From Macrostomum hystrix (Eukaryota > Animalia > Platyhelminthes), in assembly GCA_950097015.1 (NCBI GenBank), contig CATNEN010000007.1, positions 9,176,001-9,240,000 of the forward strand: a stretch of 64,000 nucleotides of DNA, given 5' to 3'. Made by a program: the position numbers and the translations under genes. The notes below the pieces were generated by a model, which was not told the origin of the DNA, made no database searches, and saw nothing but the letters and a program-made list of their open reading frames with translations. Below, in pieces: positions 1 through 11,901 of the stretch; positions within the stretch are counted from its first letter, which is position 1, and each line of letters begins with the position of its first letter.

Positions 1-7
1 TATTCAA

Positions 8-575
8 CACTCACGGGACTATGCCTCAGGCACTCACGGGACTATGCCTCAGACACTCACGGGACTATGCCTCAGACACTCACGGGACTATGCCTCAGAC
101 ACTCACGGGACTATGCCTCAGACACTCACGGGACTATGCCTGAGACACTCACGGGACTATGCCTGAGACACTCACGGGACTATGCCTCAGACACTCACGG
201 GACTATGCCTCAAACACTCACGGGAATATGCCTCAGACACTCACGGGACTATGCCTCAAACACTCACGGGAATATGCCTCAGACACTCACGGGACTATGC
301 CTCAGACACTCACGGGACTATGCCTGAGACACTCACGGGACTATGCCTCAGACACTCACGGGACTATGCCTCAAACACTCACGGGAATATGCCTCAGACA
401 CTCACGGGACTATGCCTCAAACACTCACGGGAATATGCCTCAGACACTCACGGGAATATTCCTCAGACACTCACAGGAATATGCCTCAGACACTCACGGG
501 AATATGCCTCAGACACTCACGGGAATATGCCTCAGACACTCACGGGAATATGCCTCAGACACTCACGGGAATATG
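8..575. repeat. Minisatellite, 23-bp unit CACTCACGGGACTATGCCTCAGA
   Basis: About 25 tandem copies. Confidence 0.95.
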
Positions 576-615
576 CTTCATATACTCCCTGGAATGTGTG
601 AAATCACCAATACAG

Positions 616-729
616 GCTAGCGCTCACATGGACGACCAGTTGGAGGCTGCAGGCGCCGACATGACCGACGTGAGCTCGAGAAGCTTCAACTCATTCGAGT
701 CCGCACTCGCTCAGCTCACTTTGCTCAAG
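616..729 (+). CDS. GABBR2: GABA-B receptor (R2-like), first exon visible in window (Venus flytrap region); gene starts upstream of window
   Basis: tacag|GCTAGC...CTCAAG|gtattc; ASAHMDDQLEAAGADMTDVSSRSFNSFESALAQLTLLK; phase 0, continuous with the next exon. Confidence 0.65.
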
Positions 730-805
730 GTATTCTCACAGAATTGCGAATAAATGCCACAAAGTTGCTTCAGTCGGTTTTAAGAAGCATCAAACCCAAT
801 TTCAG

Positions 806-871
806 ACCAGCGACTTCCGCGTCTTGTCAGCAATGACTAGCGGGCCATTGCTGGCCCCCCTGTTTTGCGCC
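806..871 (+). CDS. GABBR2: GABA-B receptor exon (VFT)
   Basis: tttcag|ACC...GCC|gtgagt; TSDFRVLSAMTSGPLLAPLFCA resembles the GABA-B 'DARII...VFC' segment. Confidence 0.75.
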
Positions 872-877
872 GTGAGT

Positions 878-1012
878 ATCAATCAGTCAATCAAGCAATC
901 AATCAGTCAATCAAGCAATCAATCAGTCAATCAAGCAATCAATCAGTCAATCAAGCAATCAATCAGTCAATCAAGCAATCAATCAGTCAATCAAGCAATC
1001 AATCAGTCAATC
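878..1012. repeat. 20-bp TCAA-based tandem repeat
   Basis: ATCAATCAGTCAATCAAGCA, about 6.5 copies. Confidence 0.9.
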
Positions 1013-1130
1013 GATTGATCAACTAGCCGATTTGATAAAACGCTAAATTATTCACTCAATTTGCCGCCTTTTAATCAATGAGGCATTTTATCAATCAATG
1101 AATCGATCAATCTATCGATTCAACCCGCAG

Positions 1131-1364
1131 GCCTATAATACCGGAATGTTCGGCTCCAGACACGTGTGGATTGTTTCCGGTTTCCGCATTTCCGCCGATC
1201 TGTGGGCCGCGACTAGCGGCGACGGCGCCAGAAATTTCAGCTGCACTGAAGGCCGCTGCAACTGCAGCAGGCGGGAGCTTCTGGCTGCTGCTAACTCCAG
1301 CCTCTATATTGACTTTGTGCGCTACTCCGAGCACAGCCGCCTGGTGAGCACCACAGACCTTTCG
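1131..1364 (+). CDS. GABBR2: GABA-B receptor exon (VFT)
   Basis: ccgcag|GCC; AYNTGMFGSRHVWIVSGF resembles 'AYK..LFG.KYVW..G'; donor TCG|gtgggg (alternative in-frame donor after 1343). Confidence 0.75.
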
Positions 1365-1427
1365 GTGGGGATGGGGGGAGTGGCTGAGTGTTTCCAATCT
1401 ATTGAGGTTGTTTGGAGTGGTGGTTGT

Positions 1428-1855
1428 CAGGAGTGAGGAGGGTTTCTGGAGTGAGGAGGGTGTCTGGAGTGAGGAGGGTTTCTAGAGTGAGGATGGTGTC
1501 TGGAGTGAGGTGGGTGTCTGGAGTGAAGTGGGTGTCAGGAGTGAAGTGGGTGTCAGGAGTGAGGAGGGTGTCTGGAGTGAGGTGGGTGTCTGGAGTGAGG
1601 TGGGTGTCTGGAGTGAGTGGGTGTCTGGAGTGAGGTGGGTGTCTGGAATGAGTTGGGTGTCTGGAGTGAGGTGGGTGTCTGGAGTGAGGTGGGTGTCTGG
1701 AGTGAGTGGGTGTCTGGAGTGAGGTGGGTGTCTGCAGTGAGGTGGGTGTCTGGGGTGAGGTGGGTGTCTGGAGTGAGGTGGGTGTCTGGAGTGAAGTGGG
1801 TGTCTGGAGTGAATTTGGTGTCTGGAGTGAGGTGGGTTAGAGTGAGGTGGTGTTT
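1428..1855. repeat. 18-bp G-rich minisatellite GGAGTGAGGTGGGTGTCT
   Basis: Tandem copies. Confidence 0.92.
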
Positions 1856-2179
1856 AGATTCAGGCTGTTTCTGGAGTGATATGGTGAACCATAACATATT
1901 GGTGATACATATTCTGTTCACCGGCTGCTTAGAAATGTATTTGATATTATTTGATAATATCAAAAATGATTTGATATTAGAAATGTATAGATGCGCATGC
2001 TTTCATTTCTGACGGTTAGATATTTCACATTTCTTTAGAATTCATTGATTCCTGCACAATGAAGGATTAAATATTAAGATTTGCTTCCGTCTTGAGAATT
2101 TAATTTTTTCAAGAACCGACCTGCGAAGCATCAATCGGTTGGTTTTTCCTAAATTTCTATGGCCAAAACCGTCCCGCAG

Positions 2180-2368
2180 CTGAGGGAATTGCCTCCAACA
2201 GCAGTGGCGGACAACCCGTTCAGTGCGTACGCCTTCGACAGCGTCCTGGCCGTGGCGGAGGCTGCTTCCGCTCTCCTGAGAGCGGCCGGACCAGAGGCGT
2301 CGGGGCCGTTTCTTAGAAATCTTAAATTCAAATCCGCGCTGGAAAAGACTAATTTCAGTGGCGTAACT
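2180..2368 (+). CDS. GABBR2: GABA-B receptor exon (VFT)
   Basis: ccgcag|CTG...ACT|gtgaga; SAYAFDSVLAVA and KTNFSGVT resemble 'AYDAIWA' and 'T.F.GVTG'. Confidence 0.8.
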
Positions 2369-2504
2369 GTGAGACTCCTGTTATCGTTATCTCTTTCTCT
2401 GGCGCTCCTTGCACTGGCACTTCCTCTGTGTTACTATGCAAACTAGTGCCAATCACGAGATTCTGAAACGCTAGCTCTAGCCATGCATTCTTTCAACACT
2501 GCAG

Positions 2505-2583
2505 GGCCCAGTGCATTTTAACAAAGGATCTCGGCTCGGATTGCTGGCTCTCTACCAGCTCACAGCTGACTTCTCAAACACCG
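2505..2583 (+). CDS. GABBR2: GABA-B receptor exon
   Basis: ctgcag|GGC; GPVHFNKGSRLGLLALYQL resembles 'G.V.F.NG.R.G...I.Q'; donor G|gtgagg. Confidence 0.8.
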
Positions 2584-2766
2584 GTGAGGTCGCGAGCTCA
2601 CTGAAGACTAGCCAGAAATGATTAAAAGGAAACATTTCCTATCGCACTGCTTGATTGACATTCTTCTTAATTACTTCCCACATCAGACAACTGACAGAAT
2701 TCTCAGCCCCGCAACTAATCTCCTTACTCATCAGCTGAGTTTCCTTCCGTTAATCCCTCGTGGCAG

Positions 2767-2862
2767 AGTTCCTGACCCGGCTGAATCTGCTGTCCAACTT
2801 TGACTGCCGCAACCGCGACTTTCTCAACGGAACCGCCTTGATCGACAGGATTGCTTGGCCAG
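2767..2862 (+). CDS. GABBR2: GABA-B receptor exon
   Basis: tggcag|AG...CCAG|gtgagc; ends ...RIAWPG; phase 1 at both ends. Confidence 0.75.
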
Positions 2863-2867
2863 GTGAG

Positions 2868-3030
2868 CTGACAGACTCACTGACAGACACCCAGAACAGA
2901 CTGACAGACACCCAGAACAGACTGACAGACACCCAGAACAGACTGACAGACTGACAGACACCAAGAACAGACTGACAGACTGACAGACACTCAGAACAGT
3001 CTGACAGACACTCAGAACACACTGACAGAC
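2868..3030. repeat. ~21-bp minisatellite CTGACAGACACCCAGAACAGA
   Basis: Tandem copies. Confidence 0.88.
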
Positions 3031-3507
3031 GGGCAGCATTAAACGCATGTCGCAGGCATGAGAGCAAGCTCCAATCCAACAATATTGAGCACAGCGGGCA
3101 GTCTCAAATCCGCGTGTTCCCGCGGCGACACTTGCAGAGCCGCCCTCCCGGCTCGCATTCAGCGGGCAATAATTTTTTCCTTCTTTGAGAACTCCGGACT
3201 CAGGAGGAGGGGGTGGGGATCGAATGGGAAAATATGCCGAGTAGGGGAAATAGAGACGATTGAGTGGCCCTCGGAGTCCCCGGGGTCCGCCTTGACGACC
3301 AGATCCGGGATGCGGTCTGGGATAATCAAATCGAGTCCCCGCCCGGTGAGGCTAATGCGACCGGACTTCGCGCGCGGGCTAATAAACGCGGAACGAGGCG
3401 GCCAGAATGAATGCGGGGGGTTGGGGGGACTCTTGCAATCCGGCCTGGCCGGGCAAGCGGATCGGAGAGGCGCCGCCAACTTCTGCGCCGCCGACGCCAC
3501 TTTGCAG

Positions 3508-3658
3508 GAGGCTCGCCGCCCCGGGACCGGACGGAGATCGAGAAGCGCCTGGTCACCCTGCAGCTGTGGCTGTTCGTGCTGTTCGCCTGCCTGGCCTGCC
3601 TGGGCGTGGCGCTGTCCCTGGCGCTCATGGCCGTTAACATCCGCTACAGGGGACACCG
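3508..3658 (+). CDS. GABBR2: GABA-B receptor exon (linker + TM1)
   Basis: ttgcag|GA; GSPPRDRT...LACLGVALSLALMAVNIRYRGHR matches the 'WPGGSPP.D.T' linker plus TM1. Confidence 0.9.
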
Positions 3659-3756
3659 GTGAGGACTTCGGGGACTGGGACCTCCGTGATCCTCGGCTGC
3701 GGTTTACTGCGAATTTTTAATGCTCGTGAATGAATGAAATGTGGCTTTTGAAAACC

Positions 3757-4015
3757 AAATTGGGATCTTTGGGATTTAAATGTGTTTTTATATTGCATCG
3801 GCAACTTTGGGATGAAAATGCATATTTCGGGATCAAATAGGGAATTTTGGGATTTCGGGATTTCTGGATCAAATGTGGAATTACTGGATCAAATGGGGAA
3901 TTTCGGGATCAAATTGGGAATCTCGGGATCAAGTAGGAAATTTCGGGATCAAATAAGGAATTTCGGAATCAATTTAAGAACTTCGGAATCAAATTGGGAA
4001 TTTCGGGATCCAACT
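3757..4015. repeat. Degenerate ~21-bp array GGGATCAAATTGGGAATTTC
   Basis: Diverged tandem copies. Confidence 0.75.
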
Positions 4016-5479
4016 GTAAATCGATTGATGTGATTCTTCGAAGCCCCAGCGCCGTTCCTGGCCGAGAGCGGTGTCGCTGGCCGTTGCTCGGTGGAAGCTG
4101 GTCACAGCCCCCATTTGGCGCCAATCAACCAAAACCATTTTCTATGCAGGTGCAGTCACTCTCGGCCTCCCAGTTCGGTGTCTCACTCCCAACTCCACTT
4201 TGTCCCCAGTCCCATGTCGCTCGGCAAACCGAAAGCCGCGGATTCTTCAGAGAGTCCCGCAGTCCTCCAGCGATCGTGCCGAAGTGGCGAACTGGCGAGG
4301 CGAACCAGCCACCCACCCGATTCCCCTGCCGTCTCTGCCAGCCCTCGGCAATGTTCCCCTCCCTAGGGTGCGAAAACTCGGCCCGGTCCGCTTCTTTTGG
4401 AGGCTCGAGCGCGGCTGCCCAGACGAGATAAGCGCGCCCAGCAACGCCTCGCCTGTCATCCCACTTTCTGACTCCCCTCCGCAGTCCGCATTCGGGTGCA
4501 TTCGCACTTTGACGCTTTGTTTCCCACATGGAGCGCCAAATCCTCTGATCCGTTACCAATTTCCGAATCCCAGTCAACTTCTTTATTGACAAATCCCCTT
4601 CATACTATAGCTGCGAAAAATCACAGAGCGTGATTATCCCGAGTCGGACAAGACGCTCAATGGATTCCTCATAGTTTCTGGCATCGGCCAGCATGAAAAT
4701 TTCATGGCCGCAACAGAAGTGGTGCTTATTTAAAGTGCTTCATAAGCAAGTTGAGCGTTTTGATTTATCGGCAACATTGTGCGCAGAGCAGGATGGGATC
4801 CCGGCACCAGTTTGGCTGCGGACAAATATGCGAGAGAGGGTGGCACTAATTGATGGCCTCTATTTTTAGAAATTGCTTGCACTTGCAAAAGCAGACAAGA
4901 CAAGAGCAGAAATTGAGCAGCTGTTGCTGAAGTCATTGGGGGGAGCAAACTGTTGATGCTGGGATTGCTTGGACTGCTCAGCAGTCAAATCACAGCTCAG
5001 CTCATGCCAGGTTGAGCAGTTGATAACTAGCCGTATAATGGGCTGCCCCAGGCTTTGGCAAACTCATTCACGACACACACACAATGAGGGAATTAGGTGA
5101 AAGCACTTCACGGAGAGTTTCCGATTCCATTTTCCGAGTCGCTGAGCATGTTGCTGTCTTAGCAACAACAGTGGCAAAATAGCGGAGAACATATGAGCAG
5201 GCAGGAGTGGAGTTAGGCAAGAGGCCGAATGGCACAGATAACAGGCGTGATGGCTTTGGATGACAGCTCCGCGTCTGTGCTCAAATGGAGAATTTATATT
5301 AATGGGACAGCGAGATGGGAAGAAAGTAGGTCAGTTCAGAGTAATGGGGAAGGGGAGACTGGAGGATTGATGGGGAATGAGAGGGAGAGAGTCAGAGGCC
5401 GAATGAGGAGAGAAATAGGGAACAGGGAGAGAGGGAGAGGAATCGAAAGAAGAGCGCGGTTGGAAGAGTGAGAGAAGTA

Positions 5480-5803
5480 GAGAGGGACAGAGGGACAGAG
5501 GGGCAGAGGGGCAGAGGGACAGAGGGGCAGAGGGACAGAGGGACAGGGGGGCAGAGGGACAGAGGGGCAGAGGGACAGGGGGGCAGAGGGACAGAGGGAC
5601 AGGGGGGCAGAGGGACAGAGGGACAGGGGGGCAGAGGGACAGAGGGACAAGGGGGCAGAGGGACAGAGGGGCAGAGGGACATGGATAGAGGGAAAGAGGG
5701 ACAGAGGGACAGAGGGACAGAGGGGCAGAGGGACAGAGGGGCAGAGGGGCAGAGGGACAGAGGGGCAGAGGGGCAGAGGGACAGAGGGGCAGAGGGACAG
5801 AGG
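5480..5803. repeat. 8-bp purine repeat AGAGGGAC/AGAGGGGC
   Basis: Tandem copies. Confidence 0.92.
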
Positions 5804-6442
5804 AACGGATATAGGGATTTAATCGCCTTTTAAACAATATTTGGAATATCAATCGATGCTGTCAGAACTCGCAGCAAACCGGGGAAGTTCTTCCAATGGT
5901 TCTTTCAATTCTTCCAAGGGCTTCTCCAATACGGAGCATTTTCGGTGGAGTTTCGAACTGGCAGAGTGAAGGCGCTAAGGCCACTTAGTCAGTTCCAGCC
6001 TAACGGAATGCGAGACCCAAGGGCTGGGTGGGAGGGAAAATATCACGGCTAAAAAATGCTTTCGCTGCACTTTTCCCTGGAGCCATCATCGTTCTCCTGT
6101 CTGTTGCTTTTGGCGGGAATTTTTGGTGCGGTAAAAGTGGAGAGGGATCGAGAGAACAGGTTGAGCTAACAGACTGGCCAAGGATGGGCAGCTCACATGG
6201 GATAACTGGCTGGAGAGGGGAAGAGCTTGCGCTGGGATGCCGGGGCGCGATGGTGGGTTTGAGGTGGCGTCTAATGGACCGATCTGTCTCTCATCTGTCT
6301 TGCTCTCAGACTGCAGCACCAGATTCTGCTGGGCTGGCCAGAGAGTCTCGAAATCAGCAGCCAGCGCTGGGACTCACGTGACGATTGAAACAGCCGCTGC
6401 CAGATTTCATGCCTGCTAGTAACGACTTCTACATGACTTTTC

Positions 6443-6738
6443 GAGTGGGATACCAGTGGGATGCGAGTGGGATGCGAGTCGGATGCGAGTGGGATACGAG
6501 TGGGATGCGAGTGGGATGCGAGTGGGATGCGAGTGGGATGCGAGTGGGATGCGAGTCGGATGCGAGTGGGATACGAGTGGGATGCGAGTGGGATGCGAGT
6601 GGGATGCGAGTGGGATGCGAGTGGGATGCGAGTGGGATGCGAGTGGGATGCGAGTGGGATGCGAGTGGGATGCGAGTGGGATGCGAGTGGGATGCGAGTG
6701 GGAAGTGGGATGCGAGTGGGATGCGAGTGGGATGCGAG
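6443..6738. repeat. 11-bp minisatellite CGAGTGGGATG
   Basis: Tandem copies. Confidence 0.93.
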
Positions 6739-6943
6739 TAAAAAGCAGTTTAGGATGCTCAAACAAACATTAATCTGTAGAATATGTTAAAGGTAAAGTA
6801 TGGGGCATGTTTGCAATGCCCAGGGTTAACGTGCGATGCGATGCTCATTGCAACGTAAGCAATCCGAAAAGTACATCGGACGATATGTAAAAAACGTCGC
6901 AATCAACACATCATGCCCAAACCTTCCGAACTGGATCCCGCAG

Positions 6944-7082
6944 GTACATCAAAATGTCCAGTCCGCAGATGAACAACCTGATTGTCCTTGGCTGCGCCAT
7001 GTGCTACCTGTCTGTGATATTCCTGGGCATGGACAGCGGCATTCTGGCCTCAAGACCCGCCCTGTTTGTCCACATCTGCTCA
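6944..7082 (+). CDS. GABBR2: GABA-B receptor exon (TM2)
   Basis: YIKMSSPQMNNLIVLGCAMCYLSVIFLGMD; IKMSSP.MNNLI is the R2-type signature; ag/gt boundaries. Confidence 0.93.
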
Positions 7083-7782
7083 GTGAGTTGCTTGATTTAA
7101 TAATGAGGACAATGAGTGTGCCCCTTGGCCATTGTGAACAGCTATGCTCAAATCTCTGCGTCCATCTCACATTTCTTGCGAAATCGTTTCCAACACAAGA
7201 AAATTTTGCTCAACAACTCCGGCCCGCCAGTGAGAGCATCGATCGCGCCGAGAGTTTCAAATCCCACTCAGGAGCTCAGCTAGCCTTGTGACTCTGGCTG
7301 AGGTAGTCTGTGTGGCTGCGCTCCCAGCATTTTATCATTCCAAAATTTGCCTCTTTACAAATGTATTGAACCCGCCAGCTCAGATCCGCGCGATCTTCGT
7401 GCAGACACGCATTGGGTATCGGATCCCAGCCTACCTAGGTAGAATGTTGGCGAGTGCAGATTAGAGAAATAGGGGATTTTTATCCCATTCTCCATGGGGC
7501 CAAGGCTTTTGCCCAGTCAGTGGGAACCGGACCTGCCTTATTCGGCAACTATGAGGATCTCAGAGCTGCCCTCGGGACAAAACTGAGGGGAGAATCGAGA
7601 ATGGAACGGCATGACGGTCTTGTAGCGAGGGATTTTTTAGAGCGAGAGAGACGCAGACGAAAGCGCTTGTAAAATGAATTAATTTTTTGAGCAATTCTTC
7701 AATATATTTAGTGAAACATTTTTCACGCTCTACTCGCAGTAGATGAGTTCGAATTTTTGTCACTGATTTTTTCCGCGCCCAG

Positions 7783-7890
7783 ACTCGCGCCTGGGTGCTG
7801 TCCATCGGCTTCACTCTGTCCTTTGGCGCCATGTTCAGCAAGACCTGGCGAGTGCACTGCATTTTCACCAACATCAGCATGAGCAAGAAG
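7783..7890 (+). CDS. GABBR2: GABA-B receptor exon (TM3)
   Basis: [36 protein letters not shown]. Confidence 0.95.
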
Positions 7891-7979
7891 GTGAGCAGCT
7901 ACTCTATACCGGCTTCTTTTTGAGGAGGTTCATGCTGTTTGAAGAAAAAAACTATGATTCGTAAATCTGGCGATTGCAG

Positions 7980-8102
7980 ATAATCAAGGACTACCAGCTC
8001 ATGCTCATTGTGGTTTTCCTATTGCTCATTGACATCGCAATCTTGCTGGCATGGATGATCAGCGACCCAATGTGGCGCGAGCGGGGCCGCCTCACCGTTC
8101 AG
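7980..8102 (+). CDS. GABBR2: GABA-B receptor exon (TM4)
   Basis: IIKDYQLMLIVVFLLLIDIAILLAWMISDP. Confidence 0.93.
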
Positions 8103-8224
8103 GTTGGACTTTAGGTCTTACGATTTCGCTAGTAAATTAGAAAAATGAAGGACTGAGTAGGTAACTTGGAACTGGAAAATGTGCCCTGCTTCATTTAGAC
8201 CTAAGTGCAAGTGCATAAGAAATT

Positions 8225-8465
8225 GAGTTCGCGAGTACCTTAGTTCGTGAGTACTTTAGTTCGTGAGTACTTTAGTTCGCGAGTACTTTAGTTCACGAGT
8301 ACATTAGTTCGCGAGTACTTTAGTCTGCGAGTACTTTATTTCGCGAGTACATTAGTTCGCGAGTACCTTATTTCGCGAGTACATTAGTTCGCGAGTACTT
8401 GAGTTCGCGAGTACTTTAGTTCATGAGTAATTTATTTCGCGAGTACTTTAGTTCGCGAGTACTTT
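8225..8465. repeat. 16-bp minisatellite TTAGTTCGCGAGTACT
   Basis: Tandem copies containing TCGCGA and AGTACT palindromes. Confidence 0.9.
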
Positions 8466-8611
8466 ATTTAGCGATTATCTTACTTTTAGACTTCGTGAGC
8501 ACCTTGGTTTGTGATTTTTGAAAAAAAACGGAAGGAATATATGTAGTCATTATCTCCTACAAAACTAACTTAACAAAATTTATCAAAACAATACGACCAC
8601 TTTATCCGCAG

Positions 8612-8716
8612 AAACTGAGCAACGATCGGGAATTGCACTTTTACCGCGAGGTATGCGACAGCCACCGGCTGACCCTGTGGCTAGGCCTGCTGTTCGCCTA
8701 CAAAGGTCTCCTCTTG
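8612..8716 (+). CDS. GABBR2: GABA-B receptor exon (ECL2/TM5)
   Basis: EVCDSHRLTLWLGLLFAYKGLLL; ag/gtgagt. Confidence 0.93.
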
Positions 8717-8783
8717 GTGAGTGCTCAGGACAAAGTCCACACATTTGAAGGGCGCTCGTTTAATTATTCTCGTCGCCTCGCAG

Positions 8784-9008
8784 ATCGTGGGCTGCTTCTT
8801 CGCTTGGGAGACTCGCCACGTAAGTATCCCGGCCCTCAATGACAGCAAGTACATCGGCATGTCTGTGTACAATGTGCTAGTTATGTGCATCGCGGGGGCT
8901 GCGGTCAGCTTCGCTCTGAAGGACAACAACTCGGCCTCCTTCATAATTTTGTCGACGCTGATCTTCTTCAGCACAACCATCACCCTGGGCCTGGTGTTCT
9001 TCCCTAAG
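8784..9008 (+). CDS. GABBR2: GABA-B receptor exon (TM6-7)
   Basis: [29 protein letters not shown]...LVFFPK. Confidence 0.95.
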
Positions 9009-9064
9009 GTAAGAAGGTGAATGTACCAGCCAATGAGCCATTAGTGCACACTGGGCTGGGAAGG

Positions 9065-9433
9065 GGGGCGCCAACCAATTAGCATCGAATACTGGTCAAT
9101 CAGTGTACACAAAGCTGGAAAATGAGGAGGGCGTCAACCAATAAGCATCGAATACTGGTCAATCAGTGTACACAAGGCTGGAAAATGAGGAGGGCGCCAA
9201 CCAATTAGCAACGAATACTGGTCAATCAGTGTACACAAGGCTGGAAAATGAGGAGGGCGTCAACCAATTAGCATCGAATACTGGTCAATCAGTGTACACA
9301 AGGCTGGAAAATGAGGAGGGCGCCAACCAATTAGCATCGAATACTGGTCAATCAGTGTACACAAGGCTGGAAAATGAGGAGGGCGCCAACCAATTAGCAT
9401 CGAATACTGGTCAATCAGTGTACACAAGGCTGG
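9065..9433. repeat. 63-bp tandem repeat, about 6 copies
   Basis: GGGCGCCAACCAATTAGCATCGAATACTGGTCAATCAGTGTACACAAGGCTGGAAAATGAGGA. Confidence 0.92.
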
Positions 9434-9467
9434 ATTTTTATTTCAAACCCATCGAACTGAATTCCAG

Positions 9468-9632
9468 CTAATTGAGCTGCGCCGAGATCCCCACGGAGAG
9501 GAGAAGCGGGTGCGAGCGACCCTGCGCAAGGTGCCAAAGCGGCCGGTGGACCTGGAGGAGGACCAGTGCTCCATCGCTAGGCTCAACAAAATCGTTGAAG
9601 AGAATGAGCAGCTCCGGCTTAAGCTCGAGAAG
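9468..9632 (+). CDS. GABBR2: GABA-B receptor exon (start of coiled coil), ends at a GC donor
   Basis: LIELRRDPHGEEKRVRATLRK...EENEQLRLKLEK|gcaaat; read-through meets TGA after 7 codons. Confidence 0.8.
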
Positions 9633-9659
9633 GCAAATAATATATGCAGCTTATGAGAA

Positions 9660-9966
9660 TACCTGACCCAAGGATACCTGACCCAAGGAAACCTGACCCA
9701 AGGATACCTGACCCAAGGATACCTGACCCAAGGATACCTGACCCAAGGAAACCTGACCCAAGGATACCTGACCCAAGGATACCTGACCCAAGGATACCTG
9801 ACCCAAGGATACCTGACCCAAGGATACCTGACCCAAGGATACCTGACCCAAGGATACCTGACCGAATGATACCTGACCCAAGGATACCTGACCCAAGGAT
9901 ACCTGACCCAAGGATACCTGACCCAAGGATACCTGACCCAAGGATACCTGACCCAAGGATACCTGA
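9660..9966. repeat. 15-bp minisatellite TACCTGACCCAAGGA, about 20 copies
   Basis: Tandem copies. Confidence 0.94.
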
Positions 9967-9999
9967 GGTAGTAACTCGTGATTTTCTGCAATATTACAG

Positions 10000-10138
10000 A
10001 AAATGGGCGAGATCCGCAGCCTTGAGGACGAACTTCGGGTCTACCGGCAGCAGGACTCCAGCAAGGCCAGCTCCTGCAGCAGCGACCGCGGCTTCAGCGA
10101 GGACCGGCCAGCTCGAGGAGTTCGATTTCTCACTGACG
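10000..10138 (+). CDS. GABBR2: GABA-B receptor exon (coiled coil / C-tail)
   Basis: ttacag|AAA; KMGEIRSLEDELRVYRQ continues the heptads; donor G|gtgagt. Confidence 0.75.
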
Positions 10139-10213
10139 GTGAGTTCCGACTCGGGAGAGTTTGAGCATGCTCAAGGTTTATGCCTTCGACTGCCATGACC
10201 ACTCGGCTTGCAG

Positions 10214-10421
10214 AGCCGTCGGCAAAGCCTCCAGCGGAGCGCAGATCGGCAGCCCTCACGTCAGCCACTGTCAGTTTCCACCGGGAATCCTGCGAGGACG
10301 CCAAGTCGGCCGCGACGGCCGCATCGGCGACTGCGGCGACAACCGAGCTGGCCGATGAGCCGGACGATGAGCAGGCTGAAGAAGAACAGCAAGTCTGGGT
10401 TCGCCGACGTTCAGGGGACAG
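10214..10421 (+). CDS. GABBR2: GABA-B receptor C-tail exon
   Basis: ttgcag|AG...AG|gtgagg; phase-consistent, GC-rich coding-like sequence. Confidence 0.65.
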
Positions 10422-10518
10422 GTGAGGCGCAAACTCACAAGACGCCTGCATCTTTAGCGGCTTCAAAGCTCCTTGAATCTAACTCTCAATTGGCTCTTGA
10501 CACGAGTCAAAACATTCA

Positions 10519-10642
10519 TTGGGTCACAGCCTCGACCTGCCTGACCCATTTCCTTCAGTGGGTCACAGCCTCGACCTGCCTGACCCATTTCCTTCAGTGG
10601 GTCTCAGCCTCGACCTGTCTGACTAATTTTTTGAGTGGGTCA
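10519..10642. repeat. 39-bp tandem repeat, about 3 copies
   Basis: TGGGTCACAGCCTCGACCTGCCTGACCCATTTCCTTCAG. Confidence 0.8.
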
Positions 10643-10790
10643 CCCTTCAACCAGCCTGACCAACCGTATCCAATCCAATTCTCTCCAACACTGAGCAATG
10701 TCCACTACAGCAAAATCTTCGGTTCTAAAGATATTTTCAGCTCCATAAGCCAATTATACTACTGCCGCCTACTCATTTCGGGTCAATCAG

Positions 10791-10901
10791 CGGCGGGCTC
10801 TGCAAACGCCTTGAGGGTGACAACGCTGGCTGCACAGCGGAGGAGGCTTTCGACAGAGACATCGCCGACCTGCAGGAGCGGCTGCTCTCCCAGTTGCCAA
10901 G
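10791..10901 (+). CDS. GABBR2: GABA-B receptor C-tail exon
   Basis: aatcag|C; GGLCKRLEGDNAGCTAEEAFDRDIADLQERLLSQLP; donor AG|gtaaac. Confidence 0.6.
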
Positions 10902-11259
10902 GTAAACACCGCATTTTTAGTACCTTCAGCTACGCAGTCTTCTTGCTTATACTCTCAGAATCTTAAATGTTTATCGAGCCTATCTGAACTTTCGCTTGTT
11001 TAAACTTTGAGCACTGCCCTCATGTCCTCACAAAGAATTGAGTACAAATTGTTAGAGGTGCTATTTTTAGGAGACTTTTTGCTTTTTTAATCGCACGAAA
11101 TCTCGCTTTCCTCTGCATTGCGGACTGTTTGAGTAGACTCAAACTCACAGAATAGCCACAGTTTAGATTTTAATTCTCACTCCAGCTTTACAGTAGTTGA
11201 GAAAAATTTTCTATGACTTGCTAAACGGATGAATTCAGTTTTACTGGTTATGCATGCCG

Positions 11260-11585
11260 CGTCAGCTGATCTCACAGTGCAGTCAGCTGATCTCACAGTG
11301 CAGTCAGCTGATCTCACAGTGCAGTCAGCTGATCTCACAGTGCAGTCAGCTGATCTCCCAGTGCAGTCAGCTGATCTCACAGTGCAGTCAGCTGATCTCA
11401 CAGTGCAGTCAGCTGATCTCACAGTGCAGTCAGCTGATCTCCCAGTGCAGTCAGCTGATCTCACAGTGCAGTCAGCTGATCTCACAGTGCAGTCAGCTGA
11501 TCTCCCAGTGCAGTCAGCTGATCTCACAGTGCAGTCAGCTGATCTCACAGTGCAGTCAGTTGATCTCACAGTGCAGTCAGCTGAT
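11260..11585. repeat. 21-bp minisatellite GTCAGCTGATCTCACAGTGCA
   Basis: Tandem copies. Confidence 0.94.
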
Positions 11586-11845
11586 GCCCGCACCGTTTCT
11601 TTCTTTTTTCCGGATTTTACTGCATCATTTTATCAAATCTGTCTGCAGCCAGCTTTTTGAAAAGTAGATCGAGCTTTTCTAATTAAAACGGATGTCTTTT
11701 TGTAAAAACTAAATAGTAGGCATCAAGTATTCTAGTATTTTGTACTTAGCTTCTAGAGACTTGCCATAGGCCTGCTCCCAGTCTAGTTGCATCCAATAAA
11801 CCTGACTGACTTCACCTGTGCGGCATCCTAATACGAATTTGTCAG

Positions 11846-11858
11846 CTGTGATTTAGCC

Positions 11859-11901
<43 letters not shown>

